Assembly (NCBI GenBank): GCA_038326735.1 | Contig: JBBQKH010000004.1 | Span: 6,696-70,695 of the forward strand | Source of the DNA: Cyanobacteriota bacterium | GTDB taxonomy: Bacteria; Cyanobacteriota; Cyanobacteriia; JARCMD01 | DNA length: 64,000 nucleotides | Direction: 5' to 3' | Part shown: positions 8,864 to 18,013 of the stretch, in pieces | How positions within the stretch are numbered: the stretch's first letter is position 1 | Layout of the letters: every line of letters starts with the position of its first letter | Notes under the pieces: generated by a model | The model's input: only the letters and a program-made list of their open reading frames with translations | The model's database searches: none | Told to the model about the DNA's origin: nothing | Program-made: the position numbers and the translations under genes

Positions 8864-9517
8864 TTAGAACTCAATTCCCGCTTGAGCCTTCACTCCTTGC
8901 TCTCGAAACGGATGCTTAATTAATGTCATTTCTGTCACTAGATCAGCCCGTTCAATTAAGGCTGGAAGTGCGCCTCTACCCGTAAGAATGACATGGGAAT
9001 CGATCGGCTTTTGGTCGAGGGCAGCTAACACTTGTTCGAGGGTTAAATAGCCTAACTTGAGCGCAATGTTCACCTCGTCTAGCAACACAGTTTTAAACTC
9101 AGGATTGCCAATGAATTCCATTGCCTTTTCCCAGGCTAATTGAGCAATTTCGGTATCTCGTTCCCGGTCTTGAGTCTCCCAGGTGAAGCCCTCTCCCATG
9201 GCGTGGAACTCTAACTGCTCACCCCACTGGGCAAAGGCGGCCTTTTCTGCGGGTTCCCAGGCTCCTTTGATGAACTGCACGATCGCCACCTTGTACCCAT
9301 GCCCCAACGATCGCAACACCATCCCCAAAGCAGCGGTAGTTTTGCCCTTCCCATTGCCTGTGTGAACAATAATCAAACCTTTCTCGATCGTGCGTTCTGC
9401 TAAGCGCTGTTCCTGAACTTGCTTGCGGCGCTCCATCTTGCGCTGATACTGCTCTGCTGTGAGCGCATCTTTAGGGCGATCGGTTGTAGGGCGATCGGTC
9501 GTGGGGCCATCGGTCAT
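8864..9517 (-). CDS. cobO: Cob(I)yrinic acid a,c-diamide adenosyltransferase
   Basis: GLIIVHTGNGKGKTTAALG P-loop and IVQFIKG. The N-terminus has a TTDRP x2 repeat, so the start is uncertain. Confidence 0.88.
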   Translation of the reverse strand: MTDGPTTDRPTTDRPKDALTAEQYQRKMERRKQVQEQRLAERTIEKGLIIVHTGNGKGKTTAALGMVLRSLGHGYKVAIVQFIKGAWEPAEKAAFAQWGEQLEFHAMGEGFTWETQDRERDTEIAQLAWEKAMEFIGNPEFKTVLLDEVNIALKLGYLTLEQVLAALDQKPIDSHVILTGRGALPALIERADLVTEMTLIKHPFREQGVKAQAGIEF

Positions 9518-9986
9518 GGGCGGCTATATCTCCTGAATTGGTTTAATTCTAGCGAGAATGGATGCCCATCCCTGATGAGATTAATTTTCTAGCTTGTCCT
9601 GGGGCGATCGGCTCAGCCAGAACATCTCACCCTGATAGCTAGAAATCATTCGGTTAGCATAAACTCAGCAACTGTAGGGGAATAGGGCATGTTTGCTTAC
9701 GTGATTCAAACTCAAAGTCGATGTTTTCCAGACACCAATCTTGCAGATACGATCGCCCGCTGTTTGCACCTTGCCTATGAACGCAACACCAGCACCGCAA
9801 TTCGGGATCTGAAGCAGCAGTTACTGTAAAAGAATTTAAAAGTTGCAGATAGAAGTATAGGGATATGTGTGCTTAGAATCTGCACGATCGCAATCTACGG
9901 GAAAGCTCCACGGGATGACACAATGGACTATTGAACGCCTTCATTGCGATCGGCTTTCCCACCTCCCTCACTCCCCAACTTTTCCT

Positions 9987-11576
9987 ATGAGCATTGGCTA
10001 TCTCGCGCTTGTTCTCCATGCCCATCTGCCCTTCGTTCGGCATCCCGAAAGCGATTACGTTTTAGAGGAAGAATGGTTATTTGAGGCAATTACTGAAACC
10101 TACATTCCCCTCCTCAAGGTTTTTTCGGGTTTAAAGCGAGATGGCATTGACTTCAAAATCACCATGAGCATGACTCCGCCTCTGGTGTCGATGCTGCGTG
10201 ATCCCCTGCTGCAAGATCGCTACGAAGCCCATCTCACCCAATTGCAAACCTTGATTGGGATGGAAGTGGAGCGCAATGAGCATAATGGTCACATTCGCTA
10301 CCTAGCCGAGCATTACGCCCAGGAATTCAGCGAGGTGCGCCAGATTTGGGAGGAGTACGATCGCGACCTAGTGGGAGCTTTCAAGCAGTTTCTGGATAGC
10401 AACAACCTGGAAATCATCACCTGCGGGGCCACCCACGGCTACTTACCGCTGATGAAAATGTATCCGCAAGCCGTGTGGGCCCAGATTCAGGTTGCCGTTG
10501 AGCATTACGAGCAAAACTTTGGTCGCCCGCCCAAAGGCATTTGGTTGCCAGAGTGCGCCTACTACGAAGGACTGGAGCGGATGTTAGCCGATGCCAATCT
10601 GCGCTACTTCCTCACCGATGGTCACGGAATTCTCTATGCCCGTCCCCGTCCCCGTTTTGGCACCTATGCCCCCATCTTTACTGAAACAGGAGTCGCTGCC
10701 TTTGGACGCGACCACGAATCCTCCCAACAGGTTTGGTCTTCTGAGGTGGGCTATCCAGGCGCAGCGGAGTACCGGGAGTTCTACAAAGATTTGGGCTGGG
10801 AAGCAGACTACGAGTACATCAAGCCCTACATCATGCCCAATGGCCAGCGTAAGAATACGGGGGTCAAATACCACAAAATTACGGGGCGCGGGTTGGGCTT
10901 GAGCGATAAGGCGCTGTACGATCCCTACTGGGCGAAGGAAAAAGCGGCGGAACATGCCAGCAATTTTATGTTCAACCGGGAGAAACAGATTGGGCATCTC
11001 CAAGGCATTATGCAATGTCCGCCCATCATCGTTTCGCCCTACGATGCTGAGTTGTTTGGTCACTGGTGGTATGAAGGGCCAATGTTTATCGACTTCCTCT
11101 TCCGCAAGTCCTGGTATGACCAAAGCACGTATCAAATGACGCACTTGGCGGATTATTTACGATCGCACCCCACCCAACAAGTCTGTCACCCATCCCAATC
11201 CAGTTGGGGATTCCGAGGCTTCCATGAATATTGGCTAAATGAAACCAATGCTTGGATCTATCCCCATTTGCATAAAGCGGCGGAGCGCATGATTGAACTG
11301 GCACGTCGGGAACCCGCCGATGAACTGGAGTGGCGGGCCCTCAACCAAGCTGCCCGTGAAGTGCTACTTGCCCAATCTTCCGATTGGGCCTTCATTATGC
11401 GAACCGGAACGATGGTGCCCTATGCAGTCAGACGCACCCGATCGCACCTCATGCGCTTCAACAAGCTCTACGAAGAAATTCTCAGCGGCAAAATCGATAG
11501 CGGTTGGGTAGAAAAGGTAGGGGCGATCGACAATATTTTCCCTCAGATCAACTATCGCGTCTATCGTCCGCTCTAG
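9987..11576 (+). CDS. Glycoside hydrolase family 57 (alpha-glucan branching enzyme-like)
   Basis: LALVLHAHLPFVRHPE, WLPECAY and PYDAELFGHWW are typical of GH57. I prefer the ATG at 9987 over the track start at 9867. Confidence 0.85.
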   Translation: MSIGYLALVLHAHLPFVRHPESDYVLEEEWLFEAITETYIPLLKVFSGLKRDGIDFKITMSMTPPLVSMLRDPLLQDRYEAHLTQLQTLIGMEVERNEHNGHIRYLAEHYAQEFSEVRQIWEEYDRDLVGAFKQFLDSNNLEIITCGATHGYLPLMKMYPQAVWAQIQVAVEHYEQNFGRPPKGIWLPECAYYEGLERMLADANLRYFLTDGHGILYARPRPRFGTYAPIFTETGVAAFGRDHESSQQVWSSEVGYPGAAEYREFYKDLGWEADYEYIKPYIMPNGQRKNTGVKYHKITGRGLGLSDKALYDPYWAKEKAAEHASNFMFNREKQIGHLQGIMQCPPIIVSPYDAELFGHWWYEGPMFIDFLFRKSWYDQSTYQMTHLADYLRSHPTQQVCHPSQSSWGFRGFHEYWLNETNAWIYPHLHKAAERMIELARREPADELEWRALNQAAREVLLAQSSDWAFIMRTGTMVPYAVRRTRSHLMRFNKLYEEILSGKIDSGWVEKVGAIDNIFPQINYRVYRPL

Positions 11577-11618
11577 CTGCTTAGAATTGTGGATTGAATA
11601 GCGGAGAAAAGTTTAATT

Positions 11619-11654
11619 GTAGAGGCGTTCGCATAGCATGTGCTTCGTCCCCAC
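11619..11654. repeat. Short repeat D, copy 1
   Basis: ggcgttcgcatagcatgtgcttcg recurs at 38817-38846. Both copies lie about 40 nt after a plus-strand stop codon. Confidence 0.5.
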
Positions 11655-11727
11655 TAAGTCTCAAACTTGAACTTATTTAATTCACGATCGTTACTCTATT
11701 CAGAGAAGTCCTACACGGTCTTTGGTT

Positions 11728-11970
11728 CTACCTCTGGTAGTCGGGTTGCGCTAAGGTTTCAAAGTTAGAGGGGTCGTAGAGATAGCGGGTTACTTCTTCC
11801 TCTAAGCGGTTAATTTGGTAGGGTTCGATCGCGTTAGTATGACGCAGGGCAGCCATATAGCCATCCAGATACTGCCGCATGTCATCATAGCGATATCCCC
11901 GATTCCACAACTCTACAAGGGCATCAGTTACCCTTTGGTAGTAGCGAATAGTTAAGGTGTCCTGAAGCAT
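11728..11970 (-). CDS. Hypothetical protein (80 aa)
   Basis: Isolated ORF with a plausible start. No motif recognised. Confidence 0.45.
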   Translation of the reverse strand: MLQDTLTIRYYQRVTDALVELWNRGYRYDDMRQYLDGYMAALRHTNAIEPYQINRLEEEVTRYLYDPSNFETLAQPDYQR

Positions 11971-12107
11971 AGCGTAGGAATGTTGTAAGAGTTAGGAATT
12001 TTGTCAGACTATCGACGCGACAGGGGCGATCCCCATGCTTAGTTCTTATTCTAACTTTAACAAACTGGAAACTGAGGGATGGGCGTTAACCTTCACCCCC
12101 AAGGAAT

Positions 12108-12989
12108 ATGAACGTCTCCTTACAGCATTCCCCAGATTTCGCTCCCCAACCCACAGCGGATGGCTCATTTACATTTTTCTCAACTCAATTTAATGAAGCG
12201 TTTCATAGCCAATTCGGGGCCCGACAGGAAGCTGAGGGTAAGTTTGTTCAACCCAGTGGGTTAGTGGCAAGAGCCAGAAAACCGACGTTGCGCCTACTCG
12301 ATATCTGTTACGGAATGGGTTACAACACTGCCGCAGCTTTGGAAGCGGTTTGGGAGGTGAATCCCGCTTGTTGTGTGGAATTAATTGCCTTGGAGCTAGA
12401 TGGGGCAGTGCCCAAAGCGGCAGTGTCCCATCACCTGCTCAACCTGTGGAGCGGGCCTGTGCAAGAAGTCCTGTCGCAGTTGGCGCACGAGTTGCGGGTG
12501 AAGACCGATCGCCTCCATGCCCAACTCTGGGTGGGGGATGCTCGACAAACTTTGTCTCAGGTGCGATCGGCGGGATTTTTGGCCGATGCGGTGTTCCTTG
12601 ATCCCTTTTCGCCACCGCACTGTCCCCAACTGTGGACAGTCGAATTCCTGAAGCTGGTGGCTCAATGTCTCCAGGCTGAGGGTCAATTAGTGACCTATTC
12701 TTGTGCTGCGGCAGGGCGATCGGCGTTGCTGAAGGCAGGGTTGCACATTGGGGCGACTCCGGCGGTTGGGAGGCGATCGACGGGCACCATTGCTAGCTTT
12801 TCTCAGGCTGGTCTGCCTCCACTCTCGCTCCAAGCACAAGAACATTTGCTCACCCGCGCCGCCGTGCCCTACCGTGATCCCAGCCTGGGCGATCGGGCTG
12901 AAGTGATTGTCCAACGCCGGATTCTGGAGCAGCAAACCTCCACCTTAGAACCGACGGCGCTCTGGAAGAAGCGATGGACAAATCGGTAG
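12108..12989 (+). CDS. MnmC/MnmD-like SAM-dependent tRNA methyltransferase (DUF752-type)
   Basis: LLDICYGMGYN and DAVFLDPFSP..CPQLW match the MnmC methyltransferase-domain pattern. Confidence 0.6.
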   Translation: MNVSLQHSPDFAPQPTADGSFTFFSTQFNEAFHSQFGARQEAEGKFVQPSGLVARARKPTLRLLDICYGMGYNTAAALEAVWEVNPACCVELIALELDGAVPKAAVSHHLLNLWSGPVQEVLSQLAHELRVKTDRLHAQLWVGDARQTLSQVRSAGFLADAVFLDPFSPPHCPQLWTVEFLKLVAQCLQAEGQLVTYSCAAAGRSALLKAGLHIGATPAVGRRSTGTIASFSQAGLPPLSLQAQEHLLTRAAVPYRDPSLGDRAEVIVQRRILEQQTSTLEPTALWKKRWTNR

Positions 12990-13083
12990 GCTTAAACTTG
13001 ATTTCCTTTTAGGAAAATGTCTTAGCAATGGCTTACGCTCTTGCATAGGGTAGTTTACAGATATAGCGCCCCTCAAGCTCAAA

Positions 13084-13632
13084 TTGTCTATGCTTATTTC
13101 TTCATCCATTTATATTCCGTTTCCTCGATCGCTGGTCTACCTCACTTACCGCGATAAATTGCTGGAGATCGTTCCTTACTTATCCAACGTGCGGCGCATT
13201 GAGATTAAGTCGCAGCGAGAGGAGAACGGGTTGACTTATTTTGTGAATGAGTGGCACGGGGGCGGCGAGATTCCAGCGTTGGCCAGGGCTATTCTCAGCG
13301 ATGCCATGCTCTCGTGGACGGATTACGCCACCTGGCAGAATGCTACATTCCTCACCGATTGGCGCATTGAAACCCATGCCTTTACGGAAGCGGTTCACTG
13401 CGCGGGACAAAATCGCTTTCTTGAAGAGGGCAAGGGCACCCGCATTGAAAGCCGAGGCGAATTGGCGATCGATCCCCGCAAAATCACGGGAGTCCCGCAG
13501 TTTCTTGCTGGCAGCGTGGGGCAAACCGTGGAGGATTTCTTGAGCAAGAAGATTGAGCCAAATCTACTCCAAGTCAGCGAAGGAGTGCGGCATTATTTAG
13601 AGCGATCTCAGAAGGGACTTGCAGACAAATAA
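13084..13632 (+). CDS. Hypothetical protein (182 aa)
   Basis: Single long ORF. The track start is TTG and an ATG lies at 13090. No motif recognised. Confidence 0.45.
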   Translation: MSMLISSSIYIPFPRSLVYLTYRDKLLEIVPYLSNVRRIEIKSQREENGLTYFVNEWHGGGEIPALARAILSDAMLSWTDYATWQNATFLTDWRIETHAFTEAVHCAGQNRFLEEGKGTRIESRGELAIDPRKITGVPQFLAGSVGQTVEDFLSKKIEPNLLQVSEGVRHYLERSQKGLADK

Positions 13633-13654
13633 TGTACCCACGTATAAACCTTGC

Positions 13655-13733
13655 AGGGCGAAGCATCCGGGCGATCATTCTGGGGTTGTATCTAACCTTA
13701 ATTGCCGAATGCTTCGCCCCTACAAAGGTAAGG
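13655..13733. repeat. Family B hairpin repeat, copy B3
   Basis: The arms gggcgaagcatccggg ... ccgaatgcttcgcccctac are inverted repeats. Confidence 0.7.
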
Positions 13734-13800
13734 GAATATTATTTTTCTGTAAGTTCCTAAGGGCTAGACTTCAATAGAGTTAGAGAAGAAATCAAGCGTT

Positions 13801-14317
13801 ATGAATTGGGCAATGCATCATACTCGCAGTGAGGAGTATGCAAGTCAAGCAGAAGTGTTCAATAGACAGCAAGAGGCTAATCCTGCTGCTGAATTCTATC
13901 GATTGGCTGCGGAAGCAGAGATGAATGCCTTAGAGAGTCTCGCTCTTGATAAAACGCGAACGATCGGCATCACTGCTGTTAGTGCCGCATCGCTTTATTA
14001 CAAAGCTCATGAATCTTCACAGGTAAGAAACTGTTTGTAAACATAAATTGCGCTCCCGATCCGCCCCCCAACCCCCCAATTCTGGGGGACTTTCGAGCCA
14101 TTTTCGTTCAAAATCCCTCAATTCTGGGGGATGTAGGGCGCGAGTGTAAAACGACATGTTAATTTACAAACACTTTCTAAAACGAATTGCTCACAAATGG
14201 TTATCTAGTCAACTTTTACCGCCATTTGCGATCGAAGAACTAGAAAAGATCTTGCAAGTTATTCAGTCTGAAGAAACCTATGTATGGTCAGGTGTCAAAT
14301 CAATAATCACAGTTTAA
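13801..14317 (+). pseudogene. Small ORF split by a family C MITE
   Basis: Removing 14027-14180 (element plus one TAA copy, 154 nt) joins 13801..14026 in frame to 14181..14317. This gives ..YYKAHESSQV|KRIAHKWLSS..SIITV*. Confidence 0.55.
14027..14177. mobile_element. Family C MITE, copy C2 (inverted orientation), flanked by TAA direct repeats
   Basis: TIRs are gaaactgtttgtaaa / tttacaaacactttc. TAA occurs at 14024-14026 and 14178-14180. Confidence 0.75.
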
Positions 14318-14321
14318 TGTG

Positions 14322-16046
14322 TCACTGTATCACTCGTTGGGGCTGTCCCCAAATGACTTGAGCTTCCTTGTAGAGCGCGATCCCCGGCTTTGCACCCTTG
14401 GGTTTGTAGACGTGCTTCAGTTGTGTGTAGACCACAGGCACTTGCTCACTCAAGCGGGCGCGGCTGTAGTAGGCAACTAAATCGGCGGCAAACTGGAGAT
14501 CGGCTTCTTCAGCGATCGTGCCTGGCTCCAGCCTCAGCAGGGCATGGCTTCCAGGGATTTCTTGGGCATGGAACCAGAGGTCGTAATCTCCAGCGATGCG
14601 AAATGTCAACTGGTCATTTTGGTGATTGTTGCGCCCAATCAGCAACTCAAAGCCGCTGGGAGTGCGATAGCGCCGGGGCAGGCTGGGGGAGTCGCCCTTG
14701 GACTGGGCGCGGTGGCGATTTTCCGGGTCTTCTAAGTAGCGCTGCTGAATCAGTTCTACTCGTATTTCTTCTAGCGCTAGTAAATCTTCTGGTGTGTGAT
14801 AGGCGAGTTGGGTAAGGGCAGCTTCCACCTGTTCCAGATAGTCGATTTCTGTCTGCACCTCATTCAGCAAGGGCACTACGGCAATTTGGGCCCGCTTGAG
14901 TTTTTGATACCGCTTGTAGAGTGCTTGGGCATTCTGGACGGCATTTTTTTCGGGATCTAGGGCAATGGTTATAGGCCGATCGGTGGTGAAATCAGCCAGG
15001 ACGATCGCCTTCATGCCTGGCTGCCAATCCTGCAAATTTGCCATCAACAAATCCGCCTGTTCCCGGTGGTGTTCGGCTTGATCCGATTGCGCTAGGCGGG
15101 TTTGAAAGGTTTGGGCTTTTTGGCGCGATTTGGTCAGCAGGTTTCCCAGTTTTTGGCTGAGTTGGTGATGCAGTTGGCTAAACGTCTGCTGATTCATTTC
15201 AGCGGTGTAATAATCGTTCAGCAAGGTTTGAACTGACTCTGCTGCCTGGGTGATCCCCCAACCTAAAACTGTGTAGCTCTGAGCCGTGCGCCCCGGCTGG
15301 AAGGTTTCGGTTTCCAGTGCCTTGAGCCACGTTTGCCAGCGATCGAATAACCGCTCCCACTCTGTCACACTCAAGCTATCAGTCGATCGCTCTGGGTCGA
15401 GATCTGCGGCTTGAATCATCGACACAGCTAGCCCAGAACCGAGTCCGCGATAGTTTTTCAGCAGATTGCGGCGCAGAGTACCTGGGATCAAGCTGACCCG
15501 CTCCTGCCAGCGACTCAGCGGCTCAGTCAGCGTGGGGATCGGGTCAGTTAAGCCGGGGGGCGGTTCGTAGGGTTGTCCCGTTTGAATGGGGCGCACACTC
15601 GATTGTTGGACACTCACCTGATGGGCTGCTGTCACAATCAAATTTTCTTGATTCGCCAAAATGACGTTGCTGTACTTGCCCATCAGTTCTGCGTACAAGT
15701 GCCACAAGGGGTCTTCTCCAGGACGACGGGCAAATTGTAAGTCCAGTCCCCGTTCCCAGGGTGCAATGGGAACGATCGCCGTCAACGCTAGCCCGTGCAA
15801 CTGATGCTGCAATTGCTGGCTAAAGGTGAAGGTATCAGGCGTGCGGGGCGGGGGATCACTCAAGTGCAGCCGGGCGGCTTGGGGATGCCAGGAAATTGTT
15901 AACCATTGGCGCTGCTTGAGGGTACGCAGAGCGATGGCGATCGTGTGCCGATCGCGCTGATACACTTGCTCCAATCGGGCCGGCAACCACGTCGTCCGTA
16001 ATTCGCTGCACGCAGCCATTAGGGTTGTTAAGTCAACGGGTTGCAT
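14322..16046 (-). CDS. rqcH: NFACT/FbpA-family ribosome quality-control protein (Rqc2/RqcH homolog, DUF814)
   Basis: 574 aa. The N-terminal NFACT-N pattern and the C-terminal LIGRNNHQNDQLTF..DLWFHAQEIPGSH are typical of the family. Confidence 0.78.
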   Translation of the reverse strand: MQPVDLTTLMAACSELRTTWLPARLEQVYQRDRHTIAIALRTLKQRQWLTISWHPQAARLHLSDPPPRTPDTFTFSQQLQHQLHGLALTAIVPIAPWERGLDLQFARRPGEDPLWHLYAELMGKYSNVILANQENLIVTAAHQVSVQQSSVRPIQTGQPYEPPPGLTDPIPTLTEPLSRWQERVSLIPGTLRRNLLKNYRGLGSGLAVSMIQAADLDPERSTDSLSVTEWERLFDRWQTWLKALETETFQPGRTAQSYTVLGWGITQAAESVQTLLNDYYTAEMNQQTFSQLHHQLSQKLGNLLTKSRQKAQTFQTRLAQSDQAEHHREQADLLMANLQDWQPGMKAIVLADFTTDRPITIALDPEKNAVQNAQALYKRYQKLKRAQIAVVPLLNEVQTEIDYLEQVEAALTQLAYHTPEDLLALEEIRVELIQQRYLEDPENRHRAQSKGDSPSLPRRYRTPSGFELLIGRNNHQNDQLTFRIAGDYDLWFHAQEIPGSHALLRLEPGTIAEEADLQFAADLVAYYSRARLSEQVPVVYTQLKHVYKPKGAKPGIALYKEAQVIWGQPQRVIQ

Positions 16047-16090
16047 TATTCGTTATTTATTATGAATTAGGGAAGGGGGCGACCCATTCT

Positions 16091-16393
16091 CTAATATTTG
16101 GGATGAAATCGGGGATGGAGGAGGGCGGTCACGGGTTTATTGCCAATTAGATGTTGCTCAACGATCGTCGGGACATCCGTAGGTTTGACGCGACAATACC
16201 AAGTTTCGTCTGGGCTAACGATGACTGTGGGGCCAGTGCTGCACTGCCCCAGGCAACTCGTGGCAACCACCGCAACATCGGGCACTGGATGGGCTTGAAA
16301 TGCTTCCAGTACCTCGGCGGAGCCGTTATGCAGACAATTAGTATACTGACAAACAAACACGCGCCGATCGGATTCCACAGTCAACCCCAACAC
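16091..16393 (-). CDS. Thioredoxin-like [2Fe-2S] ferredoxin
   Basis: Cys pattern VCQYTNC ... CLGQCSTGP. Confidence 0.7.
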   Translation of the reverse strand: MLGLTVESDRRVFVCQYTNCLHNGSAEVLEAFQAHPVPDVAVVATSCLGQCSTGPTVIVSPDETWYCRVKPTDVPTIVEQHLIGNKPVTALLHPRFHPKY

Positions 16394-16452
16394 AACTTCT
16401 TAGATCTTAGCGATCGGCGACTAGCCTCAAAACATTCTGAGGATACATCAAA

Positions 16453-17574
16453 CTATTTTTTGCCGAACCCTTTCCCTCGGTTGCCAGAAGGCACACGGCA
16501 AACACAGGCTTCGATCTGCGATCGTAGTTCGTCGTGGTTGAGGTTTTGCCCAATCAATACCAGTTGATTCTTTGGTTGCCCTGTCCATTCTGTGTCGTCC
16601 AGGGAAAAACGCTTGCCGCTGAGGTGAAAAATGTGCCGCTTGGGGCTTTCGTCAAACCAGAGAATCCCTTTGGCGCGAAACACCGTGACAGGAAGCTGAT
16701 TATCCAAGAAGTTTTGAAACTTTTTAATGGCGAAGGGCCGATCGCTCTGGAATGAAATAGACGTAAACCCATCATTCTCTAAATGGTCGGAGTGATCATG
16801 GTGGTCGTGGTCGTGATGCGCGTGATCATGCCCGTGGTCGTGATGCTCATGATCGTGCCCATGGTGGTCATGGTCGTGATGATCATCTTTTGCTTCGGCT
16901 TCAAAGTATTTGTCGGATTCAAACAAGCCGACGCTCAAAATCAAGCCCAATGGCACGTTAGAGTTAGTGGTACGGAGGATGCGCGCCCCTTCCTTCACAT
17001 CGCGAATTTTGACTTCCAGCAAATCGGCATCGGCTTCATCCACCAAGTCCACTTTGTTGAGGAGAATAATATCCCCATAAGCAATTTGGTTGTGTGCCGC
17101 TTGACTGTTGAACAAATCGAGGCTGTAGTTTGCCGCATCCACAACGGTGACGATCGAGTCCAAGCGGGTCAAATCTCGCAACTCTGTCCCCAGAAACGTC
17201 AGTGCTACAGGCAGGGGATCAGCCAAGCCCGTGGTTTCTACAACCAGGTAATCAATCCGATCGCCCCGTTCCAGAACCTTGTACACTGCTTCCATCAGGT
17301 CATTATTAATGGTGCAGCAGATGCAGCCGTTGTTTAGCTCCACCATATCTTCGCCAGTGGAGACAATTAGCTCATTGTCAATGCCAATTTCTCCAAACTC
17401 ATTGACTAGCACAGCTGTCTTCATTCCCTGCTGATTCGTCAAAATGTGATTGAGCAGTGTAGTTTTGCCACTGCCTAAGAAGCCGGTAATGATCGTGACG
17501 GGAAGTCCAGTTTTAGGAGCCTCCATTGTTGGAGATAGTTCAGACTGGAGCGATTCAGTTACTGCGGTTTGCAT
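16453..17574 (-). CDS. COG0523 (CobW/ZigA-like) metallochaperone GTPase with His-rich insert
   Basis: Contains GFLGSGKTTLLN and a CxCC motif (GCICCT). The His/Asp tract is DDHHDHDHHGHDHEHHDHGHDHAHHDHDHHDHSDH. Confidence 0.85.
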   Translation of the reverse strand: MQTAVTESLQSELSPTMEAPKTGLPVTIITGFLGSGKTTLLNHILTNQQGMKTAVLVNEFGEIGIDNELIVSTGEDMVELNNGCICCTINNDLMEAVYKVLERGDRIDYLVVETTGLADPLPVALTFLGTELRDLTRLDSIVTVVDAANYSLDLFNSQAAHNQIAYGDIILLNKVDLVDEADADLLEVKIRDVKEGARILRTTNSNVPLGLILSVGLFESDKYFEAEAKDDHHDHDHHGHDHEHHDHGHDHAHHDHDHHDHSDHLENDGFTSISFQSDRPFAIKKFQNFLDNQLPVTVFRAKGILWFDESPKRHIFHLSGKRFSLDDTEWTGQPKNQLVLIGQNLNHDELRSQIEACVCRVPSGNRGKGFGKK

Positions 17575-17618
17575 AGCGTCGTAGTTGAGAATAGGTGCAG
17601 GTCAAAATTTGTCGGGCG

Positions 17619-17758
17619 GTGACTACTCAGACTTCTAACGTAGTGTCCAGCCTGCCCTCATCCCCCAGCCCCTTCTCCCAGTGGGAGAAGGGGCTGGGGG
17701 ATTGAAGTCCCTCTCCTTAGGGAGAGGGATTTAGGGTGAGGGCAGACTAAGTAGTCAC
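17619..17758. repeat. Family A repeat, copy A3
   Basis: Same core as A1. Outer arms are gtgactactcag / ctaagtagtcac. Confidence 0.8.
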
Positions 17759-18013
17759 TTCAAACGTTTAATTTGCAGAACATTTGCTGATTAAACGCGA
17801 AACGGTCACAAGGTCAGTGTTAGCATCGAAGTTCTAGGATGCATCGCTAATCATCCATCATTGGGCATCAACGATCGCAATTTGCCCATTGATTTTGCGA
17901 TGTTCACAGTCATTGCTGAACTCAGCCCGTTTGTTGATGCAGGTATCTGGCTATCATCCTCTATTATTGCTGATCTTCCATCTGCCGTTGCTTGTTACTG
18001 ATTCGATCGCACC

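Noticed and set aside
16783-17337. 184-aa plus ORF (MVVVVVM...)
   Set aside because: It is antisense to the His-rich tract and GTPase domain of the COG0523 gene, an artefact of GTG/ATG-rich complementary codons.
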